In this document: piece after piece, positions 23,160 through 36,104 of the stretch
Numbering within the stretch: position 1 is the first letter of the stretch
How the letters are laid out: every line of letters begins with the position of its first letter
Origin: Octopus bimaculoides
Taxonomy: Eukaryota
Assembly (NCBI RefSeq): GCF_001194135.2
Contig: NC_068982.1
Span: 40,231,281-40,279,474, forward strand
DNA length: 48,194 nt
Direction of reading: 5' to 3'
Program-made: the position numbers and the translations under genes
The notes under the pieces: model-generated
What the model saw: the letters and a program-made list of their open reading frames with translations, nothing else
Database searches by the model: none
What the model was told of the DNA's origin: nothing

Positions 23160-23350
23160 GTATGTCTTTGTGTTTGTCCCGACCACTGCTTGAAAAGAGG
23201 TGTTGGTGTTGTTATGTCCCCGTAACTTAGCTGTTAGTTAAAGAGACTTTAAAAAACTGGAAATACTGAGGTCGGTTCATTCAGCTGAAAATTTTTCTTG
23301 GCTATGCTGGAGCATAGCTTAAGTCTAATGGCTGAAGCAAATAAAAGATA
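23160..23350 (+). mobile_element. SINE family B, 3' half (probably belongs to 22289-22440)
   Basis: GTCTTTGTGTTTGTCCC..ATGTCCCCGTAACTTAGC..GAAGCAAATAAAAGATAA with no head of its own. Confidence 0.7.
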
Positions 23351-23620
23351 ACCAAATAATGTAATTTTCTTTTGTGGAAAATTTTTGATTGAGGATCGAT
23401 ATAACTCCTGTCACTAACAGCAGGAGGAAAAAATAACTCTTGCTCAATATATCAATGTTTTATTGAGTCACTATCTGTTGCAGACATAAAAACTAAAGTT
23501 GCTACAATTATCGAGAGATTGAGGGATGGAACGTCACTGATTCTACGTTTGCGTTTCAATGATTTCACGTGTTTATTTTCGGAAAATGTTTTCTCTAAAA
23601 ACATAGATATATTTTGGGAC

Positions 23621-23887
23621 GATCGTTATTTTATTTTGCCAAATAGACACACGCACTATATATTCGTTCTTCACTTACGTTTTATTATTGTTCTTATTTC
23701 ATTTTCCTTTGTCTGAAAATATTTCGTCACACAATCTGTGACCTCTTTAGCGATTCTACATCCCAGGATTCTCCTCCTGTTATGATTTTCAGATAAAAGG
23801 CAATAAAAAAATAAGAACAATAATAAATCGGAAGTGAAGAACGAATATATAGTGCATGTGTTTCTTTGGCAAAGAAAAGTGACTATC
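23621..23887. repeat. Foldback / MITE-like long inverted repeat
   Basis: Arms of ~100 bp with a perfect 24-bp core (23653-23676 against 23832-23855) and a spacer of ~65 bp. Confidence 0.85.
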
Positions 23888-25809
23888 TTGAAATAATACA
23901 ATGTCTGTTTCAACACACGATATCACATCTTGCAAAACAAATATATAAACGTTTTCTTTAAAATCATTTTACGTAAATTTATTGTTTGTTTTGTGAGGAG
24001 ACGTTTCAAATCTGAAAATTTAACCATTCTCTACTTGGGATTGTCTCACAATTTATAATCTATATTTCAATATTTTAAAATTAACCTAGATTTCGTATTT
24101 TATAGAATAACAATATTTTGAGGATATTAATTTTTTCTGCAAGGCAGTTGGCGTCAGTCGGTTAACTTCGCATGAGGATTGATCAGTTTTAAGGCTTCAG
24201 ACATAATTCGACAACGACGTATTGGTTCTGGATGTCGAAAGGAGATAAGGTATTAATAATATCGATTTTTAAATGTGCTAGTCACAAGATCAATATAGTT
24301 TCTGTCTACAGCAGCAGGTAAAGAGACTATGATTTAATATATCGGTAAGCACTTTGCATTGTAGGAGAATTAATGATATAACAATTACAGAATGATGGAA
24401 GTTTGCACACATTTGCGTTTGTGGAGTTTTTTATGATTACTTCTGTTCCTCATTGATAGTGAAGAGGAGAGCTTTACTACTCAAGTATAGCTAACCTTCA
24501 CTATTTTTGTTGAATAGTTTGTAGAAACATGTTTATGTAGTAGGCCTTGAAAATGTTTAACCATATTAGAAGTGACATATAATCTACAAAGCAATATTGA
24601 GCTAGATACATCTTCTACTTATTGTTGTGTATTGAGAGTTGTTTGTATTACATTTCGTATAAATATATGTGGGTGTGTGTGGGGGTGCACGTGCGATTAT
24701 GTGTATATGTTTGTACATATACACATGCATACATACAAACGCACATGCATACATATGTACATGCGTATATACTTACATACATACTTACAGATAATGCATG
24801 CATACAGAAATACGGATGTAGCTATAGCACTTATATTTGACAATTAATGCAGACGTTAACATTGAGGAAGTCATCCCTGCATTAGGTACCTGTCAGTCAT
24901 GATGTCGTGACCTAAGCAAAGTAAAATGTGATCCGTATAACAGATTACTCTGAGGATATAAGTTATAGTGATATGGTGGAAGGGTTTATTCTATCAAAGT
25001 TTGAAATATACTGGGAGACCTCAATGAAATCCAAGCACAATACACTATATTAATTATCTAGGAGAAGCCATAGAAATAATACACCATACGGGAAATCTTT
25101 TGCTCAGGAGATGTTAACTGAAATATTAGTGAATAGAATACATCCTTGCAGCAACAATATGAAATCTGCACATACTCCATCATGAATATAGCTTCACTTT
25201 TATATATGACTCCACTTACATATAACGAAACAATTATGTTAGAAGTTAATATATTCATGCGTTACAGTAAAGCATTAGGAGAGTACAAAACATAATATCA
25301 ATTAATGGATGGCAAAAACACATGACATGCATAACCACTTCATTAGCTTATAGCTGTTTCTGCTATAAAAGCATAGCACTTATAGCTGAGAAGTTGTACA
25401 GACTATAGTTTGCCTGAAACTATTAAAATGAAGCGTATATTTATTTCGGAAAGCAATTCATTTTACGCTCTCTACTTTTATGACACTGCGGCCATCCGGC
25501 GCGAAATTTTCGCGCATGCACACACAAAGGGTTGCATCATCTCCTACCCAAATGGTTTTGCCCACGGAATATTATTTTTGGCAGGGAAAAAATAAAAGCC
25601 GAATATTTTTGAGCGCGCCTTGTACATTAAGCAAATTATGCACATATACACTTACAAAAACCACCATGCTTGAAAACAGATATTCACATTCACATCTTTA
25701 TGTAGCAACATCCATGCATATATATAAGCTTAGATACAAATATATGTTTGTACCTCTGCGTGTGTGTGTGCGTGTGTATGTATGTCCATAGATAAAATAC
25801 ATGTCTACC

Positions 25810-25880
25810 TACCTGCATACATACATACATACATACATACATACATACATACATACATACATACATACATACATACATAC
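25810..25880. repeat. (CATA)n
   Basis: Visible run. Confidence 0.97.
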
Positions 25881-26009
25881 GGTAGCCAAACAGTCTGAAA
25901 CTGAATAAAAGAAAACACCAACAAACGAAGTTGACAATATTGAGACTGGTCGATCAAAAGATTATTTGTTGAACTTTAAAATTAAAACACCCACCAAATT
26001 AAAATACAA

Positions 26010-26345
26010 ACGGGAAGATATTGTTATGTGGAATCACAAGTTAAAGATATACTCTGATCAGAAAATCGGCTGCCCTCTGGATGCCAGTGTGGTCTCAGAA
26101 ATACAGGAGAAAGAGGACATATGTGCATCATTGATGAGGAGATTACAAAGCTGGTACTTAACATACACTTTCATCTTTATAGACATTATTATTGGAGCAA
26201 CAGGAACGTACCAACCCGGTAAGAGGAATGTGTGGCTGAACTTGGTTTCTTGGGGAGAGAACGCAAATACTTAATTGAATTGCTATAAATGTTTACGATA
26301 TCTGGGACAATAAAAATCTGCAAGTCCTTAAGATTTAAAGGATGA
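26010..26345 (+). mobile_element. RLE-domain remnant of a second early-branching LINE family
   Basis: The supplied ORF 25966-26274 contains REDIVMWN (decayed PD), GCPLDASV, EKEDI and DIIIGATG. A second frame ends ISGTIKICKSLRFKG*. Confidence 0.7.
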
Positions 26346-26984
26346 CGAACAAAACTAGATGCTTTCTTTTCCAAGCAGCTGGCCGGTCAAAACAAGATCT
26401 AAATTAAAAAGAGATACATACGCACGTAAATGCATAATACATACAGACAGACACACATACATACATACATACATACATACATACATACATACATACACAC
26501 ATACATACACCCGATCATACATACGAGCATACATACGTACATGCATACATTCATACATACAAAAGGCATACAAAAATACCCTGTTGTTGACGTTGAAATT
26601 CCAAAGTGACATGTATGTATGACATACGTATGTACTTAACACATGTACAAACGTTACTCCCGTCGATAGTCTGTAAACTTCAAAGACAAATCCTTTCTCT
26701 CTGGGTTAGAAACCAGTACATTTTCCGTATCCGTTGTGAGAAATTTGTAAAACATAACCAGAACACTTATACATTCCGCTACATTTTCTCACAAATATAT
26801 ATATATATCTATATATATATGAAGGATATGTTCTGTATGTGACCTGCTTGTTTGTTGTACCTTGTTTATCATTTTGTCCATGTTCTTATGCAACGTCACG
26901 TACCCAGATATGTATCTATATGTACATGTAGATGAAGGTACGTACATACATGTACATATATATGCATATACTCATATATTGTTT

Positions 26985-26988
26985 ATAT

Positions 26989-27047
<59 letters not shown>

Positions 27048-27050
27048 TAC
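26985..27050. repeat. (GATA)n
   Basis: Visible run. Confidence 0.97.
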
Positions 27051-28067
27051 ATATGTATATAATATATATATGTATAAATATGTATGTACACGCACACACA
27101 CATATGCATGTGCACATGCGGGTATGCGCGCGCGGGCGCATCTTGACGTGTGTACATATGTGTCATGACGTCGTTATTTGTCATGTATAGAGATAATTTC
27201 TATAAATTAAATGTTTTGACATATTACCCTCGTCGATTAAGCTGACAGATTGGCATTTGACGTCGCCAGAAACATCCATTCTCTTCTTGATAACCGTTTA
27301 ATCCAATTCCGTTATATCACAAATAGAATTATGCTTGTCGCCTTTATTTTTATTTTGGTTAATAGATTTTTATTCGCCTCTTTGCTTCACTGACAAAATG
27401 TCAATACTTTAAGTTCATCAAATCATTGATTTATTTTATTTTAATTTGTTTTGTTTTTGCTCTTTTTCCGTTCCCGTATATTTATTTTTCTTTTTGTTTT
27501 CTTGGGTTAATATATATTTTTCTAACGTTCTTTCTTTGTCTTTTTAGTTTGTTTGTTTTTTTTTTTTTTGTTTGTCACTTTTGCTATTTTTTCTTAAAAT
27601 ACTCAATGAGGAATTTTTGAAATTTTTCTCGATAAAAAATGTTGGTAAACCAAATATTGATATTATTTGATAAAATGCCGGGTGAATTTTACATATGACA
27701 TAACGTTGTTGCATGTGTATATGCTTATTAATCTTGTGTATGTGTTTATGAATCGAATAGATTTAAAATGTTTGTATTTGTATGTATTTTTATGACTATA
27801 TCTATACCTATGTAAAGCTCTTATATGCTGTTTGCACACGTTTGTATATTATAAATCCAGTCTCTATGTGTATGAATATATAGTTGTGTATCAATATTAT
27901 CTGATATTGACATTTAGTAGTAGATTTTTCATCGTCTATTGCGGTTATGTAATGCTGTCGGTACATCATCAACCAAAGAAAAGAAAGCAGAAAGGAAACT
28001 GTTTGGTCCATTTCTATTTATGAATGAGTTTGCATTAATAATCAATTTAATATCATATCACGTTATA

Positions 28068-28085
28068 TAGATAGATAGATAGATT

Positions 28086-28157
<72 letters not shown>
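28068..28157. repeat. (GATA)n
   Basis: Visible run. Confidence 0.97.
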
Positions 28158-29577
28158 TGCATATACGTTTGTGTATGTGTATGTATGTATATATACCTGT
28201 GTGTCTCTGTGTGTGTGCGCGTATATATATNNNNNNNNNNNNNNNNNNNNNNNNNNNNNNNNNNNNNNNNNNNNNNNNNNNNNNNNNNNNNNNNNNNNNN
28301 NNNNNNNNNNNNNNNNNNNNNNNNNNNNNNNNNNNNNNNNNNNNNNNNNNNNNNNNNNNNNNNNNNNNNNNNNNNNNNNNNNNNNNNNNNNNNNNNNNNN
28401 NNNNNNNNNNNNNNNNNNTATATATATATATATATATATATACATACATACATACATACATACATACATACATACATACATACATACATACATACACAGA
28501 TAAATAATTATGGCTGCTGTCTAAAGATTTAAAGAAGTAAAAGATTAATAATAATTCTTTTGTCTTCACGATGAATTTGAATATCTTTAAAATATGTGTA
28601 TGTGCATGAATGTATTTATATGATTATATATTCTTATTTCTAGCAATACTGTTACTCTCTACATCCTTAGTCACTTTTATTGACGGAGAATTATTCCCTT
28701 TCCGGTTTTAAATAGCGTCTAGCCGCGTTAATTATTTTATAATTTTCCCGTTACAATTTAGCGGAATCAGCCACCGATTACGGTGGTATTTTCTATAATA
28801 CTGACAGGAGAAAATTCAGCTTCACCACTCGCAATGGAATATAATTTCTGTACGAAATTAGCATGTTAATCTAATGCCCCTCGCTTGCGGTGGGGATTTC
28901 TCTCCCCTGTCAGTTGAAATAGAACATGTGCTTTCCGTGGCTAAAGCGTCTATGACTCTTATTCTAGCGATGCTAGTGCTCCCTGCAGTCTTGGTCACTT
29001 CTAGTGACGATGAATTATATATGTGTGTATGTGTATGTATGTATACATGTATGTATGTCCTGCAGTTAAATTTACACAAATAAGTGAAAGACTCTGGGCT
29101 CGATTTCTGTTGAAGTATAACTTTATTATACTAAGCTAGTGAAGGAACATTCATACAACCTTCAAATTACATTTTACCATCTAAAAAAATAAGTTCGTCG
29201 GCCACTTTAGATAATGTAGTCATTGATAAATTATCAAGACGAAATAGTGTTTCCAGAATGCTTTTGATCACAGTTCACTTTGTCTGCCAAGTGTAGTTAA
29301 ACAGAACTGCATTAGACGTAACAGACATATTACTCTAAGTATGACATAATAGCCTCATACATTTCTAGATTGACAGTGAACCTGCTTCAATTATATATTT
29401 ACTAGATTAATATGTCACTGAAAGTTTTCAAATTAATTATTAGAGAAAATGAGATAATTAGTTTTTACCTGACGCAACATGCAACACCTACACATATAAG
29501 TATTATTTATTAAGAATTTCCTGACTTACCACAAGATATTGCGAACAAATTTCAGTTCTGGAGTAATCTTAATATGG

Positions 29578-29611
<34 letters not shown>

Positions 29612-29627
29612 CCTCATCATCATTGTT

Positions 29628-29680
<53 letters not shown>
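29578..29680. repeat. (TGA)n immediately followed by (TCA)n (inverted microsatellite pair)
   Basis: Visible runs separated by CC at 29612-29613. Confidence 0.95.
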
Positions 29681-29849
29681 TATTATTTCTAGCCGAATAT
29701 TAGATATATGATTTTATAGCAAACTTCTTAATGATGCATCCATGGTTACGTCCGTAACTGATGGTGGTGTGGCTATATGAGCATGTTTCTCAACTTTTGC
29801 TGATGCTAGATTAGTTTGCGCCCGCCCTTTAAATCCTATATACATTTGT

Positions 29850-29919
<70 letters not shown>

Positions 29920-30345
29920 TCGATGAAGAAACAAATACGTCATATAAATTACTCCGTGTGTATGTTTAGTCATTTTTTTTTATATTTGCCGAAGTTTGTT
30001 GACATGTTAGAAATCAAACTCATCCACCCGGTGAAATATGAAGAAGAGATTCATTGCTTTGAGTATCATTCATCTCAACTGTCCATGTTAATATTTCGTT
30101 CGGCTCCGTATATACTTTCTCTTATTTCCGTAGGCTGATTCCATAGAGTCTAGCAGTATGATAACTATGCAACTGTTTTCACCTCTAGACTCTCTTGCAA
30201 TTGTTCCCAGTTAATGATTCATTGACTGGTACAGTTTCAGCAGAAAGATTTAAGCATGGTTGAATGAAATTTCAAGACATTGAACTAAAAGATTTTGTTA
30301 AATTTATTTGTATTACCAAGTATTCTTCAGTATTGAATATACTCT

Positions 30346-30412
30346 TTGTTACAGCTTCAAAACACATTTCGTTACACTTACAAACACATCTTGTTACACT
30401 TCGAAACACATC
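30346..30412. repeat. ~22-bp minisatellite, 3 copies
   Basis: TTGTTACACTTCGAAACACATC-like unit. Confidence 0.8.
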
Positions 30413-30691
30413 TCATGCAGTATAGCAATAACCCTCGCCCCTACAGACTTAATTCTACTAAATGCAAGCTTAAATCTCCAATCAGCGAAGAGAATATATT
30501 GTGGTCGATTAAAGATGCAAATGTGTTAAACAATGTGCATTATAAGGAGGCAATAGTTAATGATTTGAAAATTACCATTTCATTAACTACTAATAGATCA
30601 TCGAAGTCGTCAAGGCTTCCTCAGACTCATCCACCTCGTCGTCATCAAGACACGCCTTCACACTAACATTTATGCAATATAGAAAGCCACA

Positions 30692-30901
30692 CAAGGTGGC
30701 AAGCTAACAGATTCGTTAGCACGCCGGGCAAACTGCTTACCAGCACTTCGTCCGTATTTACGTTCTGAGTTCAAATTCCGCCGAGGTCGGATTTGCCTTC
30801 CATCGTTTATGGGTCATTAAATTGTATCAGTTAAGCACTGGGCTCGATCTAATCGACCTATCCCTCCCCGGAAAGTGCTGGCTTTGTGCCAAAACTTGAA
30901 A
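30692..30901 (+). mobile_element. Family-A SINE with probable TSD
   Basis: Complete head, centre and tail. GCAATATAGAAA occurs at 30674-30685 and 30902-30913. Confidence 0.9.
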
Positions 30902-30951
30902 GCAATATAGAAACACACACGTATACATTTACCTATATAAGTTCATATTTA

Positions 30952-30986
<35 letters not shown>

Positions 30987-31329
30987 CTATATTCATATGC
31001 ATGTGTACTCTTATATAAGTAGATGACTTCATCTTCACCATCATCATCATCACCACAGAGACAATGAGGCACCATGTATACAGCAACGACGACGACGACG
31101 ATGAAATAGTACTGCACAACATCATCAACATAGTTCTATTACTTTTATATAGTTAATATTATACGGAAATTATGAATCTAAAATGTGCTGCTTCAAAAGG
31201 TACTGCCCAGAGCGTGTGTGCACTGTCAGAATGATAAAGGGATGATCAATATTTTGCATTGATTAACATGCCACTTGAAGAGTTAAAAGTTAGAGTTTTC
31301 GGAATGTATTATTAGGCTACCAAGAAGAA

Positions 31330-31550
31330 GAGGGAACGGAGGCTGACTATGACAGAGAGAGAGCCAAGGAAATATCAATGCTATGCTATGAACATTAGTA
31401 CGGGAATGTATCCAAAAGGAGATAATTAATGAACTGAATGGAATGAACGATATGATTGGGGGATACCAAAATCACAAGTTCTCAAGGGCTGCACAAGTCA
31501 CAAGAGAGTGGAGTGTGCAAATTGTTGAGTGATATTGAACACACCAGAAG
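31330..31550 (+). mobile_element. RTE-clade LINE C-terminal remnant
   Basis: Frame from 31440 gives GMNDMIGGYQNHKFSRAAQVTREWSVQIVE*Y, resembling RTE GV.D.I......K.RWAGHV.R...RW...V.EWYP. Confidence 0.5.
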
Positions 31551-33344
31551 AACCATTATTTTTTAACAAAATACACCGTCTTTTAAATTTCAAAATTAGT
31601 AGCTGTGAACAAAATTTTGGGAATTAAGCAACTTTTAAATTCATAAATCTAAATGTTTATATTTTAAAATATTTTTATAAGTAATAATTGCTTTTAATAT
31701 AAATACACAGCCGGTGCTATGGCAACGAAAATTTAAGGCTTGAAATCATTATTTGATTGGTATTTTATTCATCAATCCCAGAGCGATTAAACTTAAGTTA
31801 ACACGTGTGGGACTTGACATCAGGGCCTACATTTCCAAAAAAAAAAATGCTGCAGGGCATTTTATCGGACACTTCTTACAGTTTTGCCATTCCTCTAATT
31901 CATTTTAAAAGTAACGACTGACTGCTTATAGTTTAAGCATAAAACAAGCATTGTACTGTGCTTTATTTTATCAACTGTAGAAGGATGAAAGCCAAGTTAA
32001 CCGTGGTAGTATTTGAACTCAGAATGACAACACTTAGAATAAAAAAACATATGGCATTTTTTTTCAGTTCTCTGTTGATTTTTCCAATCAGCCTCCCTTA
32101 TCTTACATGCAATTACAAAATTTCGGTCAAAGATTTGATGTTGGATTTGATCATTTCATAGACGTGGTTTTAGGCGGGTTGGTGTTGAAATTGTTATAGA
32201 GAAATGCGTGTTTCCACATGAACGTAATACGCCAAAACGCCCCATATAAATAATGGAATGTGCTGCAATGTGTTTATTGAAGAGGGGTTTCGAAAGTTCA
32301 AAATTACACTTAAGAAGTACGTCGTCTGACGGAGTTAGGTTCATGGTTGATATAATTTACGTTCCCGTTTTATCATATAGAACTATATTTCTATTTTGGT
32401 AATCAAGTTAAACTCGACGAAAAAATTATACGTCTGCTCGGAAACTTTTGTAGTCAGCACTCAATAAAAAGTTGGATTTAAATAGTGAAGAGGAATAAAG
32501 AATTCTGCCACCTACATTTGAAAGTTTGGATCATTTATGAAGAGACGAATAACCTGTGTATTCAGCACATATGGGAGGCGTTACGATTTTGGATTATTCA
32601 GTATAAATATCTAAACTATTGATTTTTTGTGCTTTCAAATTTACGTTACCAGGATTTCCTTTTCCTACATTATAAATAAACCGAATATTACTGTGTAAGC
32701 CACCTACTTGTACAAGTGTGTACATACATATGTATATAGACACACACATTTATAAATATATATTTATATGGGTAAATACATAAACATATGTGTGTTTTTT
32801 ACACAGAATAAATGTTTGTGTGCGTGTATATATGCATGTATGAGTATGTATATATGTATAGGTGGAATCTGTTTTCCTGTAATAAATATCGGTATATATA
32901 TATATATAGGTATAGATAGACAAACTTCAAATTCTGGTGACGTATTCACTCTGTAGACTGTTTAATTAGATGGGATATGCTTGACTAAGCACTCAACGCG
33001 CATGACTAATATATTTCCCGATTATTAACGTTGGTATATTCATACTTTGAAGTTAAAAGCATTCATGTTTTCGCTATATTGTCTGTATATTTGAAGTAAA
33101 TATGGAAATGGTGGAGGGTTTTTTTTTTACATTTATATAGTCTTCTCTAATACCAGATCCTCCTGCTGATGTTATAAAGTGATTTGAGTTAATATAATTT
33201 CCAAACTGAAGTTCCTAACCCTTCGAACTAGATTTTAATGATAGACTGATGCATATTTTGTAAATACCTTTACAGATAGTTTGGTAGATTTCTTGATGTT
33301 TCACTCTAATTTCTACCATCAGTGAATATATATATATATATTAT

Positions 33345-33530
33345 TATTTTAACACAATGCCAGCCATTTTGCAGTGAGGAAGAAAGTCGATTATATCGGC
33401 CCTAGTTTTGGCTGGTACTTTGTTTCATCTATCCCGGAGGGACGAAAGGTAAATTTGACTTCAACGATATTTGGACCTAGAATAAATACACAAATACCGT
33501 AAAACATTTTCTCGATACTCTTATATTCTA
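33345..33530 (-). mobile_element. Degenerate family-A SINE
   Basis: AAGTCGATTATATCG, CTGGTACTT and GACGAAAGGTAAATTTGACTTC motifs. Confidence 0.7.
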
Positions 33531-33707
33531 CAATCTCTCCAGTTTAACATCATTAACCCTTTGTTAGTTACATGGGATGTGTTGTCACCCCAAACTTTTT
33601 TCAATGCACGTAATTTCCAGTTGGCAAATTATATTTTTTAGCACCCTTCCTCTACTCTCCTTAGTTAGGGTGTGTTGCAGGAGACGTGGCGCAGTTGTGG
33701 CTCAATT

Positions 33708-33754
33708 CTTATGTAACACCATATGCTTATGTAACACCATATGCTTATGTAACA
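33708..33754. repeat. 18-bp tandem repeat, ~2.6 copies
   Basis: CTTATGTAACACCATATG repeated exactly. Confidence 0.95.
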
Positions 33755-34167
33755 AATTTATAGTCATTTACATTTCAATGAATAATCATATCTTTAGTTC
33801 AAGTTTTGGTTTAATGCATATTGTAACGGAGATGGCTTTTTATGTTATTTTTCAATGTTAATGTTCGTCGTAGATGTTTAAAAATTCCACTAAATGGTGT
33901 ATTCTGTGGGTATTTTCAAAATAAATGTGATCTGAATCTAAGATATTCTTAGTTTTTCCTTAATTTTATAATTTAGTTTATTGCATTGTTTTATATAAAT
34001 ATCAATCAGCTACAAGGGTTTCAAACTTCTCAGCAATGATTGTATATATATTCTGAACTTACAGAATGAGTATATTTTACATAATACTAAAACTATAAAC
34101 ATTTTTGTATTGGGGTGTGTAAACACCCCATGTGACTAACCATGTTCGGAAGAATCAGGTGACTAAC

Positions 34168-34378
34168 TATAATTTTGGCACAAGGCCAGCAATATTTAGT
34201 GTAGCTGAAGTCGATTATATCGATTCTAGAATTCAAATGGTACTCATTTTTGCAATCGCAAAAAAAGACGAAAGGACAAACCGAACTCGGTGACATTTGA
34301 ATACTGAACGTAAAAACCCGGAACAAATACTACTAATCATGCTGTCCGGCTTGCTAACGGTTATGGTGGCTCACTGCC
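34168..34378 (-). mobile_element. Family-A SINE
   Basis: TTTTGGCACAAGGCCAGCAAT tail through CTCACTGCC head. Confidence 0.82.
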
Positions 34379-34419
34379 ATAAACATCTACTATATGTAGA
34401 AAGCCTGAATGTTTGTTTT

Positions 34420-34600
34420 TAGGGGCAGAGGTTAGTCAATTACATGGACCTCAGTACTCACTGATACTTTATTTCATCGACCCCGAAAGGGATGAAAGGA
34501 AAAGTGGACCTCGGTGACATTTGAATACAAAACGTAAAAACCCAGACGAAATGCTACTGAGCATGCTGTCCGGCTTGCTAAATGTTCTACCAACTCACCT
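34420..34600 (-). mobile_element. Family-A SINE, tandem sister of 34168-34378
   Basis: Central domain and head. It shares unusual variants with the adjacent copy. Confidence 0.82.
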
Positions 34601-35666
34601 CCTTAGACATCTAATAATATAGTGCAATAAATAAATAAATAAATAAATAAATAAAAGAGTACAACTATTTCTCTTTGACTACTGGGTATCAATAAGAATG
34701 TGAAACATTTTTGCAGATAAGCAAAGGGGCGAAATTTTCTAAATCACTAGAACTTGGGATAGAATACATTACAGTATTTGTTCCGACACTTGGTGTTATG
34801 AGTTCAAACCCTTCTATGAGGTCAAATATACGTTTTATCCTTCCGGATTTGATTAAAGAAAAAAAAACTACCAGCCCACAGTAGTGGAGTGGCCTATCTG
34901 AAAGAAAGTTAGGGGTTTTGCAGTAGTTGTTCCAGGTCTTTGCTTTCTAAGTCCATATCCTACCGCGGCGTACGAGGGTGGGACCAATAATTTGTCATGC
35001 AGTTTAATAGCTTAGCCTGGCATGCCTGGCATTTTGGTGCTTTTAGCGGCATCTGATATTTTGCATGCATCTGGGTCGGGTTTTCGGTTTAAGAATATTT
35101 CACTCCATTCCACTAGACATCGAGGCCATGTGAAGTGACTTGGGCAGTGTTTTGTACACTGGTTAGAAAATTAGGTTGGTAGAATTTTGCCAACTTTCGT
35201 TAAAGCTGTTTCGTGCAAGTGGAGCATATCTTCGAATCTTTCTTATTATCTTTAAAATATATCTGCCGGTAAAGTAAGCTGAACGAATCAAATTCTTATA
35301 TAAGAATATTGATACAAATTAGAAGTATATGATTTTAACATTTTCGTACGTTGTTTCTGTTATCCATATCATAGATATTAGCATTAGTTTCATTTTCAAC
35401 TTTGATTAGTTTGGGATTTTTTTTTTTTTTTTTAAGATTTAGAATGTCTTGAATGATCCTACTTCAATTTCTGTCAGGTGAATAATTTTAGCCGACGAGA
35501 GTTACATATAAAACCACCCTTAGCATAATTTTTTCTTTCGTTATGCGAATTATTGTTGCTATATATGACGAAGGACTATATCCAAAACGTTATACTTATA
35601 CTCTATAATTTTTACTTGATGACTTATTGTTCTTCTTTGAACTTCAGCCTAATAGTACAAATTGTA

Positions 35667-35872
35667 GGCTAAAGCTGGATCGTTAGCTCGCCGGGCAAAA
35701 TGCATAGAAGCGTCGTTACGTTGTGAGTTCAAATTTCGCCGGGGTCAACTTTACCTTTTATCTATTCGGAGTCGATACAAGTACCAGTGGCATACTGGAG
35801 TCAATGTAATCGACTTAACCCTCCCTTACCCGATATTGCTGGCCTTGTGCCAAAATCTGATACCAATATTAT
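35667..35872 (+). mobile_element. Family-A SINE
   Basis: TCGTTAGCTCGCCGGGCAAAATGC, GAGTTCAAATTTCGCC, ATTGCTGGCCTTGTGCCAAAAT. Confidence 0.88.
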
Positions 35873-36104
35873 CTTCTGATCTTTCTATTTGATTTTGTTT
35901 TGTATTGTTATTGATTTGCATTATTCGACAAATATTCTTCATATACATCCATATATCAACGCCTATATTTAGTGATCAACTTCCTTCCTGTTGTCTTTGC
36001 TTCGCTGATAACTATGGATAACTCGAAACATGGTGTTTTAAGGTCGCTACTTAACACCATTCTTTGAACCATTTGCACTCATGCAAAAGAAATATTTTCT
36101 TAAA

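Noticed and set aside
29525-29575. Strong minus-strand GTAAGT donor, and a plus-strand acceptor at ~30134
   Set aside because: No matching partner splice site with a credible open exon; such motifs arise by chance.
34970-35270. TACGAGGG mariner-like end or PLE-like frame
   Set aside because: No second TIR was found and the peptide resemblance is too weak to call.
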